A stretch of DNA of 64,000 nt from Bifidobacteriaceae bacterium (GTDB lineage: Bacteria; Actinomycetota; Actinomycetes; Actinomycetales; WQXJ01): positions 15,529 to 79,528 of the forward strand of contig JAIRXP010000027.1 of the NCBI GenBank assembly GCA_031268215.1, read 5' to 3'. The translations under genes and the position numbers were made by a program. The notes under the pieces are model-generated. The model was given only the letters and a program-made list of their open reading frames with translations. It was not told the DNA's origin and did not search any database. Positions 56,888 through 64,000 of this stretch are shown piece by piece; positions within the stretch are counted from its first letter, which is position 1; each line of letters starts with the position of its first letter.

Positions 56888-57317
56888 CTCGTCTACTGTC
56901 AGCGGTTGGAAAAAGCCAAAACCGTGGATATGGCGAGCAACCAGCCTTCGCGAAGGACATGGACAGCAGGACGGGCCTGGCGGCGCGAACCTAATAGTTG
57001 GGAGCCGCCGTTGGGCTTGGGTAGAGGCGGCCGCCGCGCCCGCTGGCGGGCCTCTATGTTCGAGGCTTTAGGACCGTCAGCCCGCTAGTCGTCAGCGGTC
57101 GGGGCGCGGAGTTGGTACTGTCTACACGGCATCGTGAATGAAGCCTGGGGCCGGAAGGCCCAGATCCGTGGGCCGCGAGCCCGACGCGAAACCTAAGAGC
57201 CCTGCTAGATGACTAGGAGACCAAGACTTTGACGGACGAGCCGACCTTCCTAGATCGCCGGCCCCCGCGAACCGCCGGACCGACGCGGGGAACTTCGGGA
57301 AGCCATGTGGGAGAACC

Positions 57318-59051
57318 ATGCTGATTAGTTTGCTGCGTGTCTATTTGCGGCCTTACCGGGCCACGATCAGCCTGATCCTTGTGTTGCAGGCGATTCAGGC
57401 GGTGTCCAACCTGTACTTGCCCACGCTCAACGCGGACATCATCGATAACGGCGTGGCCAAAGGTGACACCAGTTACATCATCCAGACCGGCGGCTGGATG
57501 CTGGGAGTGTCCCTGGGCCAGGTGGTCGCAGTGGTGATCGCCGTCTACTTGGGTGCGCGGACGGCTATGCGTCTGGGCCGTGACCTGCGCCAGGCGCTGT
57601 TTGACAAGGTGATGGATTTCTCCGCCCGGGAACTGGCCCGGTTCGGCGCGCCGTCGCTGATCACCCGGACCACGAACGACGTCCAGCAGATACAGATGTT
57701 AGTTCTGATGACCCTGGTGATACTGGTCTCCGCACCCATGATGATGATTGGTGGTGGCACCATGGCGTTGCGCCACGACGTAGTGCTGTCATCCCTGATC
57801 CTGGTCATTCTGCCGGTGCTGATCGGCTTCTTGCTGTTGTTGCTGAAGCGGATGAACCCGCTGTTCCGGGCCATGCAGAAGGCGATTGACTCGGTCAACC
57901 AGGTGTTGCGGGAGCAGATTGACGGCAACCGGGTGATCCGGGCGTTTGTCCGCCAACCGTATGAGGAAGAACGGTTCGATGGCGTGAACAAGCGTCTGAC
58001 TGGATTGCAAATGTCGGTTGGCTACACCTTCGCCATGATGTTCCCGTTCATCATGTTCATAATGAACATCACTTCGGTGGCGGTGATCTGGTTCGGCGGG
58101 CACAGAGTCGAATCGGGCGCCATGGAAGTAGGCGGTCTGACGGCCTTCCTCACTTACCTGATGCTGATCTTGATGAGCGTCATGATGGCGGCGATGATGT
58201 TCTTCTTCGTCCCCCGCGCGCAGGCTTGCGCCGAACGCATCGAAGAGGTGCTCCAGGCCGCCATCACGGTGGCGCCGCCGGCCGATCCGGTCCGGGCCCT
58301 GGCCAAACCCGGGCACTTGCGGCTGGCCGACGCCTCCTTCCGCTTCCAGGGAGCGGAGGCCCCAGTGCTCCAGGACATTTCTTTTGAGGCTGCTCCGGGC
58401 CAGTTGACGGCCATTATCGGTTCGACCGGCGCTGGCAAGACCAGCCTGGTCAACCTCATCCCGCGGTTGTTTGACGCTACCTCCGGCCGGGTCGAGGTAG
58501 GCGGAGTGGACGTCAAGGAACTGGACCTTGACTTGCTGTGGGATTCGATTGGCTTTGTTCCGCAACAGCCGTTCTTGTTCTCCGGGACGGTCCGGTCCAA
58601 CCTCGCTTATGGCAAGCCGGACGCTAGCGAGGAGGAGATGTGGAGCGCCTTAGAGATAGCTCAGGCGGCGGATTTTGTCCGCGAATCAGCCGACGGCCTG
58701 GACATGGAGATTGTCCAAGGCGGAACCAACGTGTCCGGTGGTCAGCGTCAGCGGCTGTCAATAGCCCGTGCTGTGATCCGCCGCCCAGGCATTTACGTGT
58801 TCGATGACGCCTTCTCGGCTTTGGATTTCGCGACTGACGCTCGGCTCCGGGCGGCGCTGAAACCAGTTACTCTCGAATCGACAGTGGTGCTGGTGGCTCA
58901 GCGAGTTGGCACCATCATGGATGCCGATCAGATTCTGGTGTTGGACGCCGGCCGGGTCGTTGGGGCCGGGACCCACCATGAACTACTTGATGGATGCCCA
59001 ACTTACCGCGAGATAGTGTCCTCGCAGATGACCCTGGAGGAGGCGGCATGA
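57318..59051 (+). CDS. ABC exporter, fused permease/ATPase (type I, multidrug/lipid exporter-like), subunit 1
   Basis: Six-TM domain, GSTGAGKTS, VSGGQRQRLSIARA and YVFDDAFSALD. Confidence 0.92.
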   Translation: MLISLLRVYLRPYRATISLILVLQAIQAVSNLYLPTLNADIIDNGVAKGDTSYIIQTGGWMLGVSLGQVVAVVIAVYLGARTAMRLGRDLRQALFDKVMDFSARELARFGAPSLITRTTNDVQQIQMLVLMTLVILVSAPMMMIGGGTMALRHDVVLSSLILVILPVLIGFLLLLLKRMNPLFRAMQKAIDSVNQVLREQIDGNRVIRAFVRQPYEEERFDGVNKRLTGLQMSVGYTFAMMFPFIMFIMNITSVAVIWFGGHRVESGAMEVGGLTAFLTYLMLILMSVMMAAMMFFFVPRAQACAERIEEVLQAAITVAPPADPVRALAKPGHLRLADASFRFQGAEAPVLQDISFEAAPGQLTAIIGSTGAGKTSLVNLIPRLFDATSGRVEVGGVDVKELDLDLLWDSIGFVPQQPFLFSGTVRSNLAYGKPDASEEEMWSALEIAQAADFVRESADGLDMEIVQGGTNVSGGQRQRLSIARAVIRRPGIYVFDDAFSALDFATDARLRAALKPVTLESTVVLVAQRVGTIMDADQILVLDAGRVVGAGTHHELLDGCPTYREIVSSQMTLEEAA

Positions 59052-61153
59052 GCGGCCGGGATGAGGTCAAAGGAGGCGGTGGGCCCGGATCGGCCGGGGC
59101 GCGGCTGGGAGCCAAGCGGGCGGGATCGGGCACGGAGAGTCGCGGACGGCCTCCGGCTGGGCGCCGGGGCCCGATGGGACCTGGGGGGCCGGCCATGCCG
59201 GGCGCCAAAGCGCTTGATTTCAAGGGATCGGGTCTGCGCTTCCTTGGTTTGCTGCGGCCGGAACGGGTCAAGATAGCGATCGCTTTGGCCCTGACTGTCG
59301 TTTCGGTGGCGCTGGGCGTGGTTGGGCCCAAGATTCTGGGTCAGGCCACCAACCGCGTCTTTGAAGGCTTCATGGGCAAGATGATTGGCGAGGAATTGGT
59401 CCGGGCCGGGGTTCTGGCGCCAGGTCAAACCATGGAGAAGGACCAGGTCATCCAGCTAGTTGAGGCTCTGCGCAACAATCCGGTGCCGGGCCCGCAGCAG
59501 ATCAGTTCGTCCATGCTCGACATGCTCACGGCGATGGACTTCACCGCCGGGGTGGGCGTCGATTTCCATGCCGTCGGGATGATTCTGGTTGGCGTCCTGG
59601 TCATCTATTTGGGTTCCGCTCTGCTGGGCTACGTGCAGGGAATCCTGACGGCCCAGATCATCCAGAACTCGATGTACCGGCTGCGCCGGGATGTGGAGGA
59701 GAAGCTCGGGCGGCTGCCGCTGAAGTACTTCGATAATCAGCCCAAGGGCGAGGTTCTCTCCCGGGTCACCAACGATATTGACAACGTTGGCCAGACCTTG
59801 CAGCAGACCATGACTCAGCTATTGTTCGCGGTCTTCAACCTGGTCGGGATCATCGTCATGATGTTGACCATTTCGCTTTGGCTGACATTGATAGCGCTGG
59901 TGTCCATCCCGGTAGCGGGGATTCTGACGGCCGTGATAGCGAAGCGGGCGCAGCCGCAGTTCGTCAAGCAGTGGGCGTCAACCGGTGAATTGAACACACA
60001 CATCGAGGAGATGTACACCGGCCACGCTGTTGTCAAACTGTTTGGGCACCGGGTGGCGGCGGAAGAGGAATTGCGTCTCCGCAACGCCGAATTGTATGAG
60101 GCTTCTTTCAAGGCCCAAGCGATTTCGATGTCTATCCAGCCAGTCATGGGCTTCGTGTCGAATCTGGCGTATGTCCTGATAGCGGTCATTGGCGGGTTGA
60201 GGGTCGCCTCCGGGAGCATGTCGCTGGGTGATGTCCAGGCATTCATTCAGTATTCGCGCCAGCTTGGCCAGCCGATCGCCCAGATCGCTTCGATGATGAA
60301 CCTACTGCAGTCCGGCGTGGCTTCGGTGGAACGGGTGTTTGAGTTGCTCGATGCCGAAGAGTTGGCTCCCGATCCCGACTCGCCCTCGCGCCTGGAGGGT
60401 TTCACCGGCCGGGTCGATTTCAACGCCGTGGAGTTCTCCTATGATCCAGCTAATCCGCTGATCAAGGACTTGCGGTTGTGGGCGAAGCCGGGCCAGACGG
60501 TGGCGATTGTCGGTCCTACAGGTGCCGGAAAGACCACCTTGGTTAACCTGCTGGAGCGTTTTTATGAGATCGAAGGCGGTTCGATCACTCTTGACGGGAC
60601 CGATATCCGGGACCTGACAAGGGAAGACTTGCGATCCAAGATGGGGATGGTTCTTCAGGATACTTGGTTATTCTCTGGCACCATCTATGACAACATCCGT
60701 TATGGGCGGCTGGACGCGACTGAAGAAGAGGTCATGGCGGCCGCGAAGGCCACTTATGTGGACCGGTTCGTTCACGCCCTGCCGGATGGCTACCAAACTG
60801 TGGTCAAGGAGGAAGCCTCGAACATCTCTGCCGGCGAGCGCCAGCTACTGACCATCGCCCGGGCCTTCTTGGCGGATCCGGCGATCCTGATCCTTGATGA
60901 GGCCACCTCGTCGGTAGACACTCGGACGGAAGTGCTGGTCCAGCAGGCGATGAACAAGTTGCGCCGGGGGAGGACGTCGTTCGTGATCGCCCATCGCCTG
61001 TCGACTATCCGTGACGCTGATGTGATCGTGGTGATGGAACACGGATCGGTCGTGGAGAAGGGCGACCATGAGGAATTGCTGGCCGCGCGGGGGGCTTACT
61101 GGCGGCTTTACCAGTCGCAGTTCGCCGGCGCGGCGGCCAGCCTGGATGATTAG
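59048..61153 (+). CDS. ABC exporter, fused permease/ATPase, subunit 2 (Gly/Arg-rich N-terminal extension)
   Basis: GPTGAGKTT, ISAGERQLLTIARA and LILDEATSSVD. ATGA overlap with subunit 1. Confidence 0.92.
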   Translation: MSGRDEVKGGGGPGSAGARLGAKRAGSGTESRGRPPAGRRGPMGPGGPAMPGAKALDFKGSGLRFLGLLRPERVKIAIALALTVVSVALGVVGPKILGQATNRVFEGFMGKMIGEELVRAGVLAPGQTMEKDQVIQLVEALRNNPVPGPQQISSSMLDMLTAMDFTAGVGVDFHAVGMILVGVLVIYLGSALLGYVQGILTAQIIQNSMYRLRRDVEEKLGRLPLKYFDNQPKGEVLSRVTNDIDNVGQTLQQTMTQLLFAVFNLVGIIVMMLTISLWLTLIALVSIPVAGILTAVIAKRAQPQFVKQWASTGELNTHIEEMYTGHAVVKLFGHRVAAEEELRLRNAELYEASFKAQAISMSIQPVMGFVSNLAYVLIAVIGGLRVASGSMSLGDVQAFIQYSRQLGQPIAQIASMMNLLQSGVASVERVFELLDAEELAPDPDSPSRLEGFTGRVDFNAVEFSYDPANPLIKDLRLWAKPGQTVAIVGPTGAGKTTLVNLLERFYEIEGGSITLDGTDIRDLTREDLRSKMGMVLQDTWLFSGTIYDNIRYGRLDATEEEVMAAAKATYVDRFVHALPDGYQTVVKEEASNISAGERQLLTIARAFLADPAILILDEATSSVDTRTEVLVQQAMNKLRRGRTSFVIAHRLSTIRDADVIVVMEHGSVVEKGDHEELLAARGAYWRLYQSQFAGAAASLDD

Positions 61154-61216
61154 CTGGCAGCGGAGCGACGGCGGTTAAGCGCGGTCCTGGAGGCCAAAAC
61201 GGTAAGCTCGTCTCCC

Positions 61217-62506
61217 GTGAGTGATCACTGGACCCCCTTTGAGCAGGAACCGGCCCCGCAGGAGCCGTCCCAGGACCCGGCGCCCGGGCCGGATGCGGAC
61301 GGCCCACGGCATCCGTTTTTCCCGCCGGTGGCCTCCCGCCAGTCGTTGCGGGAGGCGCAGGAAGCGGAAGTGGAGGCCGCCAAGGGCGAGGCGCGGGCCA
61401 GGCGGCGCCGCCCAATCACGGCGGTGGTGGTGACGGTGCTGGTGATAGCCATTGCCGGCGTTGGGTTCGTGGTGGGCAAACCGCTCTATGAGCTTGTCAC
61501 CAAACCCAAGCAGTCCGCGGTGACTGATTTCCCTGGCCCCGGCGAAGGCCAAGCGACCATCACGATAGAACAGGGCGATCCGGGTAGTGCGATAGGCGAG
61601 AAACTGGTCGCCGCCGGCGTGATCGCGAGTGCCGGTGCGTTCATTGAGGCCTGGAACACGGTTGGTAGTCGGGCCTCGTCAATCCAGCCCGGAACCTATC
61701 TCTTGAAGAAGAAGATGAGCGCGGCGCAGGCCTTGGGGGCATTGTTGGATCCGGCGAACCGCAACGCGATCATTTTCACTGTCCCGGAGGGAAAGCGGGC
61801 CGACGAGGTCTACCAGATCATTGGTCTGGCCATGGCCCAGTCTGAGCTGGACACCGGGTCAGACCAGGCGGCCATTGACCAAAGGGCGGCGGAGGACGCC
61901 GCAGTGGTGAAGGGAGCGGCTGTCCCTGCTGCTATTGGCCTGCCGCCAGAAGCGAACGGGCTGGTTGAAGGTTGGCTGTTCCCAGAAACCTACAGTTTCA
62001 ACATTGGTACCGAGCCGGCCGCGATCCTGTCGGAGATGGTGGCCAACACTGTCAAGGTCCTCGAGGAAATCAAAGTGCCGCGCGACCAGTGGTTGCGGAT
62101 TATGACGGTGGCCGGGATGGTGGAGAAGGAAGCCAAGCTGGAGCCAGACAGGCCCAAGGTGGCTCAGGTGATCTACAACCGCCTGGCCCAGGGCCGGAAA
62201 CTAGAGCTCGATTCAACCGTGGTGTACGGGGTCAACCGTCATGATGGGAAGCTGGCTACGTCCAACGCCGAGCGGGCGGATCCGAACCCCTATAACACTT
62301 ACTCAGTCCCTGGTCTGCCGGCCGGTGCGATCTGCAATCCGGGACGGGCTGCCATTGAGGCGGCGATGAACCCGACTCCGGGGACCTGGATGTTTTTCTG
62401 CGTCACCGAACCGGACTCCGGCAAGGTCGAATTCAACGACACCGCTGAGGGGCACGCGCAGTGTGTCAAGAAGTGGTTGGCCTGGGAAGCGGAACACGGC
62501 GGATGA
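61217..62506 (+). CDS. mltG: Endolytic murein transglycosylase MltG (YceG-like)
   Basis: N-terminal TM, EGWLFPETY, SMVEKEA-like MVEKEAK, and NPYNTY..GLP.G.I.NPG. Confidence 0.9.
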   Translation: MSDHWTPFEQEPAPQEPSQDPAPGPDADGPRHPFFPPVASRQSLREAQEAEVEAAKGEARARRRRPITAVVVTVLVIAIAGVGFVVGKPLYELVTKPKQSAVTDFPGPGEGQATITIEQGDPGSAIGEKLVAAGVIASAGAFIEAWNTVGSRASSIQPGTYLLKKKMSAAQALGALLDPANRNAIIFTVPEGKRADEVYQIIGLAMAQSELDTGSDQAAIDQRAAEDAAVVKGAAVPAAIGLPPEANGLVEGWLFPETYSFNIGTEPAAILSEMVANTVKVLEEIKVPRDQWLRIMTVAGMVEKEAKLEPDRPKVAQVIYNRLAQGRKLELDSTVVYGVNRHDGKLATSNAERADPNPYNTYSVPGLPAGAICNPGRAAIEAAMNPTPGTWMFFCVTEPDSGKVEFNDTAEGHAQCVKKWLAWEAEHGG

Positions 62507-63384
62507 CAAGCCGCGCGGCCGTGCTCGGCAGCCCCATTGATCACTCCCTTTCACCAGCTCTGCACCGGGCCGCCTACGCGGCCCTCGGCTTTGAGGACTG
62601 GTGCTATGAGGCCATTGAGATGACGCCCGGGGAGCTGGGCCCCTGGCTGGCCACGTTAGGGCCAGAATGGAAGGGACTGTCCTTGACCATGCCGCTGAAG
62701 CGGATGGTGTTGGGTCTGGTTGACCATGTCCAGCCGTTGGCCAAGATGACCGGCGGCGTCAACACCGTGATTTTCACGCCGGCCGGAACGGTTGGCGCCA
62801 ACACAGACGTGTACGGAATGGTGGCGGCCGTATCTGAAGCGGCCGGTGTCGCGGGCGGGCCCGGACTTGAAGGCGCCGCGGACACAGGCGGTCAAGGGGC
62901 CCGGTGGCCAAGATCAGCCAGCGTCCTGGGAGGCGGTGCGACGGCCGCAGCGGCCCTGGCAGCCCTCGCTGAACTGGGTCTGCGCAACCCCCGCGTCTAT
63001 GTGCGGTCCACCGCGAGGTCCCGGCCAATGCTGGAGGCGGCCGCGCGGATAGGTGCCGAACCTCAATTGCGCAAGCTCCATGATGACCGCTGGCCGGCCG
63101 ATTGGCCGGCTGATTTGACGATCTCCACTTTGCCGCCTCATGCCGGTGACGGGCTGGCCGCGAGCCTTCACGCCGCCGTGGTCCCCGCCGGGGCGGTCCT
63201 GCTGGACGTGGCCTATGACCCGTGGCCATCCGCCCTGGCGGTGGCCTGGGAAGAAGCCGGCGGCCGGGTGGCCGGGGGAAAGACGATGCTGGCCTATCAG
63301 GCCGCGGCCCAAGTGCGGATGATGACCGGCCACACCGCGCCGCTTGATGAAATGCGGGCCGCTATAGGGTTGCCCTCGGTTTGA
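62503..63384 (+). CDS. aroE: Shikimate dehydrogenase
   Basis: AAVLGSPIDHSLSPALH, LSLTMPLK and NTD motifs. ATGA overlap with mltG. Confidence 0.9.
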   Translation: MTSRAAVLGSPIDHSLSPALHRAAYAALGFEDWCYEAIEMTPGELGPWLATLGPEWKGLSLTMPLKRMVLGLVDHVQPLAKMTGGVNTVIFTPAGTVGANTDVYGMVAAVSEAAGVAGGPGLEGAADTGGQGARWPRSASVLGGGATAAAALAALAELGLRNPRVYVRSTARSRPMLEAAARIGAEPQLRKLHDDRWPADWPADLTISTLPPHAGDGLAASLHAAVVPAGAVLLDVAYDPWPSALAVAWEEAGGRVAGGKTMLAYQAAAQVRMMTGHTAPLDEMRAAIGLPSV

Positions 63385-63583
63385 GGCCGGCCAGCCCGAT
63401 GGAGTCCCACCAGCCCTGTGGGCGGCGTCGGGCACCATGGGGCCAAACCGGCACATGCTCCGCCGCGAACAAACTTGGCCTTAGTTCGGCACCCCGAACT
63501 GTCTGTCAGGGCCGGCCGGTGCCTGCGGCAGGCGGGGCGCGGGGTGTTGGACAACACCCTCCCAGAACAGGAAGAATGGCCTA

Positions 63584-64000
63584 ATGCTGCGTTGGCTGAC
63601 CGCCGGAGAGTCACATGGGCCCGCCGTTTTGGGCGTGCTGGAGGGCATCCCGGCGGGAGTTGCCATTGATTGCGGTGCGATAGCCGCGGAGCTGGCGCGG
63701 CGGCGGCTGGGATACGGCAGGGGAGCCCGGATGGGCTTTGAAGCGGACCAGGTTGAGGCACTGGGGGGGCTTTGGCGGGGGTTGACCACCGGAGGACCGG
63801 TGGCCATCGCGGTGGCTAACAGCGAATGGCCCAAGTGGCGCGAGGTCATGGACTCTGAGACGCCAACTGGTGAATCCTCGGCCAATGAAAGCGCCCGCGC
63901 CGCCAAGTTGACCCGACCCCGACCGGGCCACGCGGACCTGGCCGGCATGATCAAGTATCAGCAAGATGACGCCCGCGTCATTCTGGAGCGGTCTTCAGCT
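63584..64000 (+). CDS. aroC: Chorismate synthase, 3' end beyond window
   Basis: Own translation from the ATG at 63584: [29 protein letters not shown]...[12 protein letters not shown]. The frame is open to the window end. Confidence 0.9.
   Translation, partial: MLRWLTAGESHGPAVLGVLEGIPAGVAIDCGAIAAELARRRLGYGRGARMGFEADQVEALGGLWRGLTTGGPVAIAVANSEWPKWREVMDSETPTGESSANESARAAKLTRPRPGHADLAGMIKYQQDDARVILERSSA

Noticed and set aside
56469-56960. A 163-aa minus-strand ORF, and overlapping ORFs, as a possible degraded regulator or toxin-antitoxin gene.
   Set aside because: No recognisable domain motif. The apparent KDTNRD internal repeat is simply the translated 22-nt DNA motif, and the ORF overlaps the 3' end of the SPFH gene. 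A pseudogene cannot be excluded without BLASTX.
57229-57256. A promoter-like TTGACG-16 nt-TAGATC upstream of the ABC exporter, which shares TTGACGnAnGAGCCGA with the element at 26369-26384.
   Set aside because: The -10 candidate lacks the invariant final T of TAnnnT, and the sequence similarity to the 26.4-kb element covers only ~17 of 21 nt. That is insufficient to call either a promoter or another element copy.

Overview
This window is a high-GC chromosomal segment from an Actinomycetota genome, judged by eye. Its synteny is typical of Actinomycetales, possibly Actinomycetaceae-like (low confidence): parA-scpA-scpB-rluB-tyrA-cmk-plsC-der, mltG-aroE-aroC, ligA, leuS and comEA-comEC. I call about 50 protein-coding genes, mostly housekeeping or cell-envelope, many linked by ATGA/GTGA start-stop overlaps. 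I recognised no rRNA, tRNA, transposase, integrase, phage, cas or classical defence genes, so this looks like core genome rather than an accessory island. The stretches most worth a second look are listed below.
- 1-6862: a P19-type iron-uptake operon whose redox module is an FMN-binding lipoprotein plus an ApbE flavin transferase.
- 6995-10404: two tandem paralogous proline-rich membrane proteins, flanked by copies of a recurring intergenic element that also occurs at 26.4 kb.
- 37.2-37.95 kb: a roughly 650-750 nt non-coding stretch packed with perfect hairpins.
- 39081-43926: a translationally coupled chain of a 31-codon upstream ORF, an all-alpha TPR-like protein, an atypical LuxR-type response regulator with a hexapeptide-repeat N-terminus, GluQRS and a membrane phosphoesterase.
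- 48.8-49.5 kb: a lower-GC ORF-free gap with a strong terminator hairpin and a degenerate 70-bp tandem repeat that mimics a CRISPR array but is not one.
- 56.5-57.3 kb: an ORF-free gap with three or four copies of a ~22-nt motif upstream of an ABC exporter pair.
Family assignments come from recalled motifs, not database searches. All repeat and identity counts were done by hand.
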